Below the pieces are notes generated by a model. It saw only the letters and a list, made by a program, of their open reading frames with translations. It was not told where the DNA came from and did no database searches. Below, in pieces: positions 55,127 through 64,000 of a DNA stretch of 64,000 nt (position 1 is its first letter; each line of letters opens with the position of its first letter). The stretch covers positions 46,698-110,697 of the forward strand of contig CAYMPD010000001.1 of assembly GCA_964392445.1 (NCBI GenBank). Reading direction: 5' to 3'. Origin of the DNA: an uncultured archaeon. GTDB lineage: Archaea > Aenigmatarchaeota > Aenigmatarchaeia > CG10238-14. Both the position numbers and the translations under genes were made by a program.

Positions 55127-57693
55127 TAATCTTCACCCATCCTTGCAACCAGATCAAATATTCCGGTACCCACGGGAACTTGCTGATTTATCATAACATT
55201 TTCAAATAAACCTGAGAAATCGTCAACTTCACTTCTAACCGAGGCCTTAATTAGGTGTTTTACTGTCTCTTCGAAACCCGCCCTTGTAAGTACAGAAGAT
55301 TTCATTCCAGCAACACCATACCTTCCTATCGCCTCTAACTCCCCTGTGAACACCATTATATCCGTCAAAATCATTACATGTCTATCATCTACATTCAAAC
55401 CCTGTTGAGACATCGTAGATTTTGTTTCCTCTATCAAAGCTCTTCTAGTAGCCTCTATACCCAGAACTTCTTGAACCTCGTAGAAATTATTAGTATGACA
55501 TCTCTTTGAGTCAACTTCTTCCATTTTAAGCACTTCGGAGTAATTAGATCCGAATGTTCTTATAACCCAGTCATCACCTTCCCTTAGAACAACCGCATTT
55601 GAAACTCCCTTAAGACCAAGTACGTTAATATTAAGTAATCTTTTTTTCAATTTCCTAAGATATTTAGTACTCAATTCCTTGTCCTCATCCTTGGATTCGA
55701 TTGTTACCCTGCTCTGCCTGACTGTAACCTTATTTCTTCTAAACTTCTTATTTATTAATTTAACTATCTCTTCCCTCTCTGACTTTTTAGTATCCTTAAG
55801 CTTAGCTCTGATTCTTTTATCAGTTAAATCCAATGAAACAGAATCTAGATATGATTTCATCTTTTTCTCTTTTATTTTATTAGCAAATCTCTCAGCTTTC
55901 TTTTGGGTATTGTATTTTCCCCTAAGATAAACAGTCATAGTTGGTGTTCTTGGCTCTTTTCTAGCATCGAATATTTCTATCAAACGAGGTAAACCAAGTG
56001 TAACCTGAAGACCAGCAGAACCCGCAAAGTGGTAAGTTCTCATTGTATTGTGTGTAACTATTCCATCAAAAGTTGTGAATGTCTCTAAGCCGTCAACAGA
56101 AAGATCGTAAACATATTCTTTTGTCGGTTTTACATAAGAAATTTCAACTATCTCGTCCCAGACAACATCCGAGTTAAACATCCTCTTCATGATTTCAAGT
56201 TCTTCGTCTATATCCACATTCTTTTCTTTAGCAAGTCTCTCAAAAAGGTTTATGTATCTGTAAAGTGTGGTTCTTCCTATCTTTTGTCTTTTAGTAAAGT
56301 TGTTAACATATCTTGTTGGATAGTTCAGTTTTTTTGCTGTTCGATGAAATAAATCACCAAATCCAGATATCATATCTGTGAAATCTTGAGAACTATTATC
56401 CCAAAACTTTTCTGCCATTTCAGAGAGCTTTACCAATCTCTTTCTCTTTTTCTCTATATCAGATCCTATCCTTGACAAGAATATGGGTGCATATTTGTAA
56501 GGAATAAGGAGGTAGTATTGTTTTTCATCTTTATTTTTACTGGCAAATATACCAAACCTAGTAAGTAAAAGTTTAATGCCATCTATTAGTTCTTCGGAAT
56601 TAGAATGTACCCTTATCATTTTTCTACTAACACTCACACTACCATCTCCATCAAAGTATCCCCTTAAAAGGCCAGAAACAAAATTTTCTTTCGCACTGTA
56701 AGCAAATTCTGGAACTCTTTTATTATAAGATCCCTTACCACAAGTATTCTCAATAAAGCGAGAAAATACACATGAATTTATCTCAAAATCTCTTGATGGT
56801 CCAAAAGCTCCTCGATATTCTCTGGTTTTAAAATCTACGTTTAACATTTGAGCGAAATTTTTGAAATTGGTTGAAAATCCCTTACTTATATTGGTAATTC
56901 TAATTTGACTATTCAAACAGCTGCCTTCAGAAAGATAAGCACCACTAAACCAACCAAATATTGAATTTAAAGGTATTTTCTCAGGAATTTTATTTATATC
57001 GTGAGTAGAAGAGAAAATCTGTCTATCTTTAACAAAGTATCTATCGGAAGGAACGTAATCTAACATGTTCAGATGTCCATTGCAATTTTCTGGTAAATAC
57101 TTCATCACTGGAATCCTATCACTGATACTTAGCTTTTTACCCGCTATTGGAATTACTTTATTGTTTTTTCTGATTAAGAACGAGTGATGATCTGTTGCGG
57201 TAATTATTCTCCCAGATTTTGTTTTTATTTTCATTAGTTTTTCATTAGTTTTATGTCTGATGCAAGAAGATATTCTCTTCCATTTAATTTTTTCATCTTG
57301 ATCTAAACTTAAAGTGAAAACATCCACGCCTTCAGGTAAATCGCAAATCTCATGTCCTTTTTCTCTTTCGAAGTTATAACTGTCTAGCATTTCATCCACA
57401 AATTCCCCAATTTTAAGGATTCTTATGTTATCGTCCATTTTTAGAATAAGTCTTTCATTATAATCGGTCGACATCTGAGTAGCTGGTTCAGAGAGTGATT
57501 GAGCAGAAATTATGCCTATAGCCTCACCAGGTTCAAATGAACTCTTAAGGTATCTTTTTTTAACTTCTTCTATCAATTTATTTCTCTTATAAGAACTAAA
57601 TTTCTCCTTCTTGCAAAGGCTCTCTATTTGATCCATTATTTCCATTGGTAATTCTAACTCATCTAAATATTTGGTCTGAGATTTTTTTGACAT
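55126..57693 (-). CDS. rpoA2: DNA-directed RNA polymerase subunit A'' (Rpo1C) interrupted by an in-frame intein
   Basis: 855 aa vs about 380 for A''; extein junction SEPATQM | TMRTYHFAG reconstitutes the conserved GEPGTQMTLRTFHFAG motif. Confidence 0.9.
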   Translation of the reverse strand: MSKKSQTKYLDELELPMEIMDQIESLCKKEKFSSYKRNKLIEEVKKRYLKSSFEPGEAIGIISAQSLSEPATQMSTDYNERLILKMDDNIRILKIGEFVDEMLDSYNFEREKGHEICDLPEGVDVFTLSLDQDEKIKWKRISSCIRHKTNEKLMKIKTKSGRIITATDHHSFLIRKNNKVIPIAGKKLSISDRIPVMKYLPENCNGHLNMLDYVPSDRYFVKDRQIFSSTHDINKIPEKIPLNSIFGWFSGAYLSEGSCLNSQIRITNISKGFSTNFKNFAQMLNVDFKTREYRGAFGPSRDFEINSCVFSRFIENTCGKGSYNKRVPEFAYSAKENFVSGLLRGYFDGDGSVSVSRKMIRVHSNSEELIDGIKLLLTRFGIFASKNKDEKQYYLLIPYKYAPIFLSRIGSDIEKKRKRLVKLSEMAEKFWDNSSQDFTDMISGFGDLFHRTAKKLNYPTRYVNNFTKRQKIGRTTLYRYINLFERLAKEKNVDIDEELEIMKRMFNSDVVWDEIVEISYVKPTKEYVYDLSVDGLETFTTFDGIVTHNTMRTYHFAGSAGLQVTLGLPRLIEIFDARKEPRTPTMTVYLRGKYNTQKKAERFANKIKEKKMKSYLDSVSLDLTDKRIRAKLKDTKKSEREEIVKLINKKFRRNKVTVRQSRVTIESKDEDKELSTKYLRKLKKRLLNINVLGLKGVSNAVVLREGDDWVIRTFGSNYSEVLKMEEVDSKRCHTNNFYEVQEVLGIEATRRALIEETKSTMSQQGLNVDDRHVMILTDIMVFTGELEAIGRYGVAGMKSSVLTRAGFEETVKHLIKASVRSEVDDFSGLFENVMINQQVPVGTGIFDLVARMGED
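56047..57471 (-). mobile_element. intein (475 aa) with LAGLIDADG homing-endonuclease domain in rpoA''
   Basis: Begins Ser (STDYNERL), ends ...IVTHN followed by Thr (+1); internal LLRGYFDGDGSVS (LAGLIDADG block) and second DOD-like block; coordinates derived from codon positions 75-549 of the ORF. Confidence 0.8.
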
Positions 57694-60142
57694 CTATTCC
57701 ACCTTTTTGTATTTTTGATGGATCTAAACCATCTTCTCCTGGGACAAATTGGACTATATTATTGCTACTGTCCCGAACGGTTTTATCATAAGTAACCTTC
57801 AAGTCTTTCAAAGCCGCGATTAATCTTCTTTCCAAATAACCACTATGCCTGGTTTTCAAAGATTTATCCATCAGCCCCTCTCTACCATTCATAGCATCAA
57901 AGAAGAATTCAAATGGACTAAGTCCTTGTTTGTAACCATTACTAACAAATCCCTTTGATTCTATAGATTTATCACCTCTTTTGAAATGTGAGAATGTTCT
58001 ATTATAGAAACCTATGTTAATTCTTTGACCCTTCACTGTTTCTTGACCTATCATTGCTGATGACTGGACTATATTCACTAAACTTCCTCTAGCCCCACTT
58101 TTAGCCATGATATTGATATTATTTTCCGGCATATCTTCTTTGACGATTTGGGTAACTTCATTTAACATATCAGCAAGTTCTTTTTGTATTAACGTCTCTA
58201 ATGTTTCTTCTGATGTTTTACCTATTATCAAATCGACCTTACCATCTTTAAAGTTCTTAATTATTTTATCGGTTTTAGACTTAACTTTATCTAATAATTT
58301 ACCCACTTTCTCACGCGCCTTATCACTTAAATCGGTGTCTGAAATGGAAAGACTAAATCCGTATAAAGATAAAATTTCAATTGAAAGTTTTGACATGTTA
58401 AACAGGAATTCCTTAGCATAAACATGCCCATACTCCTTATCGATGTAATCAAGTATCTTACCCTTAAAAGCCGCAAGTCCTCTTTCATCTATTGTACCTT
58501 TAACCAACTGACCATCTTTAATTACTACTTCATCGCTCTTACCCTTATACTCGAAATTAAGATCATCAGGTAAAAATAAGGAAAATATTTCTTTTCCCGA
58601 TAATGTTTTTTTGTTAGGAATTTCTATGTCAGGATCACATGCTCTTACTATATTTACAACATCTTTACGTTTGAATTTTTTATCCCCATTGGTCAAAATA
58701 TAAAATCCTGTTATATAATCATTTACAACCCCTATTATTGGTCCACTAAATCTAGGACTTCTGATTTGAGTGGTAACTGAAGCTAGAAGCTCGGTCTCGG
58801 TTTGCGACTCTTTGGTCTGAGGGACATGTATATTCATCTCATCCCCATCAAAATCTGCGTTATAAGGAGGACAAACAACTGGATTTAGTCTGAAAGTCTT
58901 GTAAGGCATTACTCTCACTCTATGACCCATCATACTCATTCTGTGAAGTGAGGGTTGTCTGTTGAAAATTACCCAATCACCATCACTTAGTTGTTTTTCT
59001 ACAGTATATCCGGGTTCAAGTTCTTCTGCTATCTCTTTTTTATTGATTTCCGATAGTTTCTTTCTTCTACCATCAGGTCTTATTATGTAATTAATAGTTG
59101 GCCAATTAGGATAATTCTCTACTAACTCTTTTAGATATTCTGAATTCCTCTCTTCCACGACAAGAGGTATTGTTAGTTCCCTTGCAATCTCTAGAGGAAC
59201 ACCAATCTCATCTATATCTAACATAGGATCTGGGCTAATTACGGTTCTTGCAGAAAAGTCCACTCTTTTCCCAATTAAATTGTGTCTAAATCTACCTTCC
59301 TTCGATTTTAATCTTTGTGTTAAAGTTTTCAATACTCTCCCTGATCGATGCCTAGCTGGAGGGACACCAGAAATTCCATTGTCTATGTAAGTCGCTACAT
59401 GATACTGTAAAAGTTCCCATAGGTCTTTGATTATAAAATCAGGCGCTCCTAAGTCTATATTCTCCCTTAATCTTTTGTTTATCCTTACTATATCCACCAA
59501 TTTATGAGTTAGATCGTCCTCAGATCTCTCACCTGATTCTAATGTAATAGAAGGTCTCATGGTCACAGGAGGTACTGGAAATAAACTTATTATGAAGTGT
59601 TCGGGTCTAGTATTTCTTATCCCCATATAAGCCAAATCTTCATCCGATATATTTTCTAATCTTTTTCTAACTTCTGTCTGGGTTAGTGTTTTTCCACCTT
59701 CGAGATGAGTTGTTGGTTTAATGAACTTGATTTTCTTTTGTTTTTCATTACAATATGGACAGGTTGTTTTGGAAAGTCTTCTCAATTTTCTCAAGGATTT
59801 TTTACTTTTTCTAAATTTATCTAACCTCTCTTCAGTAACAAGTATCCTATTACACTTCCTACAAGTTAACCTAAGGATATTGTATATTAGTTTAGCATAA
59901 TTAACATTCACCACTGGTCTCGTGAGCTCCAAATAACCAAAGTGACCCGTACATTCACCAACTGAACCCCCACATCTTCTACATCTCAGCCCAGGATCAA
60001 TTGTTCCTAGTCTTGGATCCATCAAACCTCCTTCAACTGGATACCCTTCCTGATCATACAAATCAGTCTTACTTATTCTAGCTGCTGCCATTTTCTTGAT
60101 AACTTCTGGCTTCATAACCCCGAAAACTATTTTATCTATCAT
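57659..60142 (-). CDS. rpoA1: DNA-directed RNA polymerase subunit A' (Rpo1N)
   Basis: 827 aa; Zn-binding CRRCGG..C, NADFDGDEMN catalytic motif; overlaps A'' start by 35 nt. Confidence 0.95.
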   Translation of the reverse strand: MIDKIVFGVMKPEVIKKMAAARISKTDLYDQEGYPVEGGLMDPRLGTIDPGLRCRRCGGSVGECTGHFGYLELTRPVVNVNYAKLIYNILRLTCRKCNRILVTEERLDKFRKSKKSLRKLRRLSKTTCPYCNEKQKKIKFIKPTTHLEGGKTLTQTEVRKRLENISDEDLAYMGIRNTRPEHFIISLFPVPPVTMRPSITLESGERSEDDLTHKLVDIVRINKRLRENIDLGAPDFIIKDLWELLQYHVATYIDNGISGVPPARHRSGRVLKTLTQRLKSKEGRFRHNLIGKRVDFSARTVISPDPMLDIDEIGVPLEIARELTIPLVVEERNSEYLKELVENYPNWPTINYIIRPDGRRKKLSEINKKEIAEELEPGYTVEKQLSDGDWVIFNRQPSLHRMSMMGHRVRVMPYKTFRLNPVVCPPYNADFDGDEMNIHVPQTKESQTETELLASVTTQIRSPRFSGPIIGVVNDYITGFYILTNGDKKFKRKDVVNIVRACDPDIEIPNKKTLSGKEIFSLFLPDDLNFEYKGKSDEVVIKDGQLVKGTIDERGLAAFKGKILDYIDKEYGHVYAKEFLFNMSKLSIEILSLYGFSLSISDTDLSDKAREKVGKLLDKVKSKTDKIIKNFKDGKVDLIIGKTSEETLETLIQKELADMLNEVTQIVKEDMPENNINIMAKSGARGSLVNIVQSSAMIGQETVKGQRINIGFYNRTFSHFKRGDKSIESKGFVSNGYKQGLSPFEFFFDAMNGREGLMDKSLKTRHSGYLERRLIAALKDLKVTYDKTVRDSSNNIVQFVPGEDGLDPSKIQKGGIDVKKISDQIFR

Positions 60143-60146
60143 TATC

Positions 60147-61943
60147 TCATTCCTCTTTTACAACTATTTTTGGATGTATTAACATACTCTTTAGCTCGTC
60201 TAAAAGAAGCTTGAAAGCATAAGCCATTTTAACTTCAATAATCTTAGAATCTCCACAAACAGGACAGAATTTTTTGTTTTTTATTTTATCATAAACAGCT
60301 GGTAAACCACATTCTTTGCATATCGGAATCTTTGTCTTGTCTGCATCAAATCTTTCTTTGAGTAATAGAGAACTACCATGAGCGATTAAACAGTCCTTCT
60401 CCATCTCTCCTAATCTAAGTCCTCCTCTCTTAGATTTTCCTTCTGTAGGTTGCTTTGTCAATAAAGTGACAGGTCCTCTGGATCTTGCGTGTATCTTATT
60501 TGAAACTAAGTGATCTAATTTCTGGTAAAAGACGCTTCCAGCAAATATATTATTCTTGTACTTCTCACCTGTATCTGCATTATAAAATGAGTCTTTCCCA
60601 TTCTCGTTAAATCCGTTTTCTTCTAATTTCTCTCTTAAATCCTTCTCTGAAACAGGATGAAAAGCAGGACTCATTATCCTTTCACCTTCTAAAGCAGATA
60701 CTTTACCCGTCATTATTTCTAAAAGTTTTCCCATAGTCATCCTTGATGGAATTCCGTGGGGATCAAATATTATATCCGGAACAACTCCTTGTTTTGAAAA
60801 TGGTAAATCTTCTTGAGGAATAATTAAACCAATAACACCTTTCTGACCGTGCCTGCTCGCAAACTTATCACCTATTTCTGGTTTTTTCAAATCTCGAACA
60901 ACCACCTTGACAAGTCTATTTCCTCCCTCGCTCTCAGTTACGAAAACCCTATCAACTATCCCTTGCTCACCATGTCTTAACTTAACAGATGTCTCTCTGA
61001 GATTTTCCAAATCGGTAATAAATTGATCCGGACTTCCTAAGAATCTTAAAGGTGAGGTTTTACCTATTACAACCTGCTCGTTCTCCAGTTCTGTTTCAGG
61101 ATTAACGATTCCATCTTCTGGTAAATGTTTGTAAGCATCCTCTCCTCCGTATCCCTTCACACCAGGTTCTGGAACGCCTATAATATCCTCCTGACCACCC
61201 ATGTACCTTTTTTCCTCAGCTTCATAAGATCTGAAAAGATAGCTCCAAAACAAACCTCTTTCTATCGCGGACTTATTCATGATTACTGCGTCTTCTATAT
61301 TAAAACACTTGAATGGCATTAAAACCACAGTTGTGTTATGTCCACCAGAATGAGTTTCGTGTTGAAGGACATCGTCTATATGAGTTTTAACCAAGAATTT
61401 TTGGGGGTAAACAAGAATATTAGTTTTTGTGTCAACTCTCTTCAGAAAATTCGTAGAGAACATACCAATTGCCTGTCCAATCATCTTAGAACCAAAATTT
61501 ACTCTGTCACCACGATTGAATTCAGGAAAAGGAACAAAGGCAGTTGATATGCCAAAAATGACCAAAGGATCAAGTTCAAGATGTGTGTGTTCTTTTGTGA
61601 GGTTCTTAGGCTTGAGAGCTACATAAGCATTTTCTTCTTCCTCCGCATCCAAATACTCAATAATACCAGTGTTGATTAAATCGTGCCACTTCATTTCTCC
61701 CTTCTTTAATTTTTCCAAGTGTTCTCTCGTTAACTTGGGTTTACCATCTTCAACCACGATTAATGGTCTCCTTACCCTCCCAGGATCAGTGACTATTTTT
61801 ACCTCGTTAAGATATTCCAAATGAGAAATATTGATTTGATTAGGTACTTTTCCTGCTCTTCTTTTTTCTCTTAAATCATCTACTAATTTATCTGGTTCAT
61901 CGGTGTCCCCGACATATCTACCATCAATAAATATCTCTGTCAT
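60147..61943 (-). CDS. rpoB1: DNA-directed RNA polymerase subunit B' (C-terminal half of split Rpo2)
   Basis: 598 aa; GDKFASRHGQKG, C-terminal CxxC...CxxC Zn motif; 4-nt overlap with B''. Confidence 0.95.
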   Translation of the reverse strand: MTEIFIDGRYVGDTDEPDKLVDDLREKRRAGKVPNQINISHLEYLNEVKIVTDPGRVRRPLIVVEDGKPKLTREHLEKLKKGEMKWHDLINTGIIEYLDAEEEENAYVALKPKNLTKEHTHLELDPLVIFGISTAFVPFPEFNRGDRVNFGSKMIGQAIGMFSTNFLKRVDTKTNILVYPQKFLVKTHIDDVLQHETHSGGHNTTVVLMPFKCFNIEDAVIMNKSAIERGLFWSYLFRSYEAEEKRYMGGQEDIIGVPEPGVKGYGGEDAYKHLPEDGIVNPETELENEQVVIGKTSPLRFLGSPDQFITDLENLRETSVKLRHGEQGIVDRVFVTESEGGNRLVKVVVRDLKKPEIGDKFASRHGQKGVIGLIIPQEDLPFSKQGVVPDIIFDPHGIPSRMTMGKLLEIMTGKVSALEGERIMSPAFHPVSEKDLREKLEENGFNENGKDSFYNADTGEKYKNNIFAGSVFYQKLDHLVSNKIHARSRGPVTLLTKQPTEGKSKRGGLRLGEMEKDCLIAHGSSLLLKERFDADKTKIPICKECGLPAVYDKIKNKKFCPVCGDSKIIEVKMAYAFKLLLDELKSMLIHPKIVVKEE

Positions 61944-63490
61944 GGTTTACCACCCATATTTTTCTTAACATAATCAAACAGTAATTTCCTATCCTTTTCA
62001 GCTAAACCTGTTGTTACCCTAGCCATTATAGCCAAGTATTTTCTTAAACCAATTGTTGCTCCTTCTGGTGTCTGAGATGGATCTATTCTCCCCCAGTGTG
62101 TGGGATGTAATTCCCTTGCTTCAAAGTGTTCCTGAGTTGGTGTTAGTGGAGATAGGACATTCCGAATGTGAGATATAGTTTTAACAAAACTATCTCTTTC
62201 TAACCTCTGAGAAACACCAGTTCTCCCACCTACCCAAGAACCTATAGCTATTGCTGAGACTATTTGGTTTGTTAAAACATTTGATTCGACTATAGAAGGC
62301 AAAGGTGGGAATCTTCCTCTTTTCGTAAGTTTTTGATAATTATAATTTATCCTAGTTATTAGGCCCCACTTGCCAAGTAAAATTGATCTGAATAGAATCT
62401 CTAAAAGGTCGCCAACTAGTCTTATTCTCTTGTTGGAATAATGATCTAAATCATAATCAGGTATCTTGTCAAGGTTGGATTGAATTATTTTCTCGATGGC
62501 TTTTGCCAAGAATTCTCCTTTTTCGTATCTATTCTTTTCTTTCTGTCCCAAATGAGGTAGTAAGTATCTATCTATAATTTTCTCAGCCCTTGCTATCCTA
62601 TACTCTTTTTGAGGTATTTTTAGATGAGCACCTATTTCTTCTATCGCCTCCTCAACTGTTGAAGAGTCAGTTTCAAATAGATTTGAATAGAATTCCTGCT
62701 GTACTTCTGGATCATCAGATATTTTTTCTATTATTTCTTTGTCAGATTCTAGCCCCAAAGCTCTCAGAAGAATAACAACTGGAAGCCTGTTAATGTTAGC
62801 AAAGTTGATCCTTATTATTCCATCCGTCTTTCTTTCAACTATGTGTCTTTGAACATAACCATCTTTTGAAGAATGTATACGAGCGTTTTCTGTTATATTT
62901 GATAAGCTTGAGTCCTCAATAATAATCCGGTTAGGGCATATCTCTTCTATTAAAACTAGGACCCTTTCTGTACCATTAATGATAAAGTATCCTCCAGGAT
63001 CGTCTGGATCTTCGCCAGCTTCTATAAGTTCTCTTTTACTCATACCTGAAAGAGGACACATCTTAGATTTAATCATAACAGGTAAATCACCGAAATTTAC
63101 ATACATTGTTTCACTTTCTATCCCATTTAAAACAGGTGTCATTTCAATATACATTGGTGCTGCGTAACTGAGATCCCTCATCCTAGCCTCTAAAGGAAGT
63201 ATTTCTCTTATAGAACCATCCGCCTCTTTTACTGACGGTCTTCCTATTTTAAACTTACCGAGTTTTATCTTGAAATCTCCTATATCAGGAACCTCTGGCT
63301 TAATTTCTTTTATTTCCTTTATAATTCTAGGTATTCTTGACTCGATGAACTCATTGAAAGATTCTAACTGAAAATCTATAAATCCCTCTTCTTTTACAAA
63401 TGATTCTAACAATATTTGAAATCCTTCTAAATCGTTCTTTTTTAAATTAGATACCTTCTTTTCCTTTTGTTGGATTTTAGACGACTTCAA
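61940..63490 (-). CDS. rpoB2: DNA-directed RNA polymerase subunit B'' (N-terminal half of split Rpo2)
   Basis: Conserved N-terminal LESFNEFIE region. The longest ORF (to 63553) would overlap tRNA-Asp by 44 nt, so an in-frame TTG at 63488-63490 is proposed as start; start uncertain. Confidence 0.85.
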   Translation of the reverse strand: MKSSKIQQKEKKVSNLKKNDLEGFQILLESFVKEEGFIDFQLESFNEFIESRIPRIIKEIKEIKPEVPDIGDFKIKLGKFKIGRPSVKEADGSIREILPLEARMRDLSYAAPMYIEMTPVLNGIESETMYVNFGDLPVMIKSKMCPLSGMSKRELIEAGEDPDDPGGYFIINGTERVLVLIEEICPNRIIIEDSSLSNITENARIHSSKDGYVQRHIVERKTDGIIRINFANINRLPVVILLRALGLESDKEIIEKISDDPEVQQEFYSNLFETDSSTVEEAIEEIGAHLKIPQKEYRIARAEKIIDRYLLPHLGQKEKNRYEKGEFLAKAIEKIIQSNLDKIPDYDLDHYSNKRIRLVGDLLEILFRSILLGKWGLITRINYNYQKLTKRGRFPPLPSIVESNVLTNQIVSAIAIGSWVGGRTGVSQRLERDSFVKTISHIRNVLSPLTPTQEHFEARELHPTHWGRIDPSQTPEGATIGLRKYLAIMARVTTGLAEKDRKLLFDYVKKNMGGKP

Positions 63491-63544
63491 CTCATCACCA
63501 AAATAGAAGCGCCCTGGACGGGATTTGAACCCGTGTCCCGGGAG

Positions 63545-63562
63545 TTCTCCCACTTAAAGTGT
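63545..63562 (-). other. tRNA-Asp intron 2 (about 18 nt, canonical 37/38)
   Basis: ACACTTTAAGTGGGAGAA follows anticodon-loop CTGTCA and precedes C38-TCCCG. Confidence 0.6.
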
Positions 63563-63575
63563 TGACAGTCCCGGA

Positions 63576-63605
63576 TTCTACAACATTTTAAATCATTAAA
63601 TGTTT
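63576..63605 (-). other. tRNA-Asp intron 1 (about 30 nt, D-arm region, non-canonical position about 24/25)
   Basis: Sequence AAACATTTAATGATTTAAAATGTTGTAGAA (RNA sense) interrupts ...TATCA | TCCGGGA...; boundaries +/-2 nt. Confidence 0.55.
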
Positions 63606-63705
63606 TGATAGACCGAGCTACACTACCAGGGCAGATTAGGTTAAAACAGAATTTTGTAGTTTGTTTTTGGGAGATCAATAAACAACACCGGGGTAATTAT
63701 TAAAT

Positions 63706-63819
63706 AGTTGGCAACGTCCTGGATTTCCCGCCAATGGCAGTACACCCCAGATCACTAGAGGTCTTAATTACCGTGTTCGGATGAGAACGGATGTTTCCCC
63801 TCTGTTTTGGTCGCCAACT
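63706..63819 (-). rRNA. rrf: 5S ribosomal RNA
   Basis: Minus-strand RNA of about 114 nt with 10-bp terminal helix I (GUUGGCGAC/GUUGCCAAC with a G-U that is an A-C mismatch on the other strand), GUUCUCAUCCGAACACGGUAAUUAAG (loop C/helix III CCGAAC...GUUAAG consensus) and GUACUGCC; TTTAAAT TATA box about 25 nt upstream. Confidence 0.75.
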
Positions 63820-63917
63820 CTAATACTATATACCATCATCTATTTAAATCTAATCAATATCGTGTATTTTTAGGAAATAAGATATAAATGTTTTATTTCT
63901 CTTAAAAGAAAGGTCAA

Positions 63918-64000
63918 TCCCCTCGGCCGGGGTTGAACCAGCAACCTCACGGTTTCTACGAACGCTTACTGGTGATGAATGCAAAACAGCAAACATCTAC
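63918..64000 (-). tRNA. partial tRNA (3' portion; 5' part beyond window edge, probably intron-containing)
   Basis: Minus strand: T-arm GCTGG-TTCAACC-CCGGC, acceptor 3' strand CGAGGGG + A ending at 63918; complementary 5' strand CCCCTCG not present within the remaining 80 nt, implying an intron and truncation by the window. Confidence 0.35.

Larger units (their letters stand above)
63510..63632 (-). tRNA. tRNA-Asp (GTC) with two introns (non-canonical D-arm intron + canonical 37/38 intron)
   Basis: 123 nt; acceptor GCCCTGG/CCAGGGC + G, T-arm ACGGG-TTCAAAT-CCCGT. Exons GCCCTGGTAGTGTAGCTCGGTCTATCA / TCCGGGACTGTCA / CTCCCGGGACACGGG... concatenate to a 75-nt tRNA closely matching archaeal tRNA-Asp (anticodon stem CGGGA/TCCCG, loop CTGTCAC). 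Confidence 0.7.

Noticed and set aside
63553-63553. rpoB'' start at the longest-ORF ATG (63553)
   Set aside because: Would overlap the co-oriented tRNA-Asp gene by 44 nt; an in-frame TTG at 63490, 20 nt downstream of the tRNA, is more plausible; kept as uncertain
1-64000. CRISPR arrays, integrase/transposase genes, replication origin near cdc6
   Set aside because: No 25-40-nt direct-repeat arrays, no recognisable integrase or transposase ORFs, and the cdc6-flanking spacers (37 nt upstream, 65 nt downstream) are too short and show no ORB-like repeats

Overview
This is a 64-kb stretch of an AT-rich archaeal chromosome. It carries a split rpoB (B''/B') and an archaeal initiator tRNA, and the gene content and surface proteins suggest a DPANN-like or small euryarchaeal genome.

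The 3' third (44.6-64 kb, minus strand) is the conserved transcription/translation supercluster: rpoB''-rpoB'-rpoA'-rpoA''(with a 475-aa LAGLIDADG intein)-L30e-NusA-S12-S7-EF-2-EF-1alpha-S10. Downstream (at lower coordinates) lies a SAM/MTA salvage block (SAHH, PfkB kinase, MtaD-like deaminase, MTAP-like phosphorylase). Upstream of rpoB'' at the far 3' end are a two-intron tRNA-Asp, a stand-alone 5S rRNA and a partial tRNA at the window edge.

The 5' part holds class-I LysRS, Orc1/Cdc6, initiator tRNA-Met, prefoldin-alpha-FtsY, SRP54, Pus10, L21e-RpoF-DUF655, EF-1beta plus a small Zn-ribbon gene missing from the ORF track, tRNA-Arg and RNase Z.

Between these lie accessory regions:
- An island next to tRNA-Arg with PadR, a HerA/FtsK-like ATPase fused to a wHTH, a coiled-coil partner and a VapBC pair.
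- An AT-rich islet with a frameshifted Zn-ribbon/Vsr-like nuclease/wHTH gene.
- A plus-strand accessory region (22.6-31.5 kb) marked by a recurring AAAGTGAGAGTTA motif at gene 5' ends. It contains a tandem ATP-grasp (RimK-like) pair plus a putative creatininase-like amidohydrolase flanked by 22-nt direct repeats, a LysW-like Zn-ribbon protein ending in Glu, and a nucleotide house-cleaning cluster (NDK, DHH, NUDIX, nucleoside-deoxyribosyltransferase-like, MazG-like).
- Three large Cys-rich/beta-helix surface proteins.

No CRISPR array was seen.
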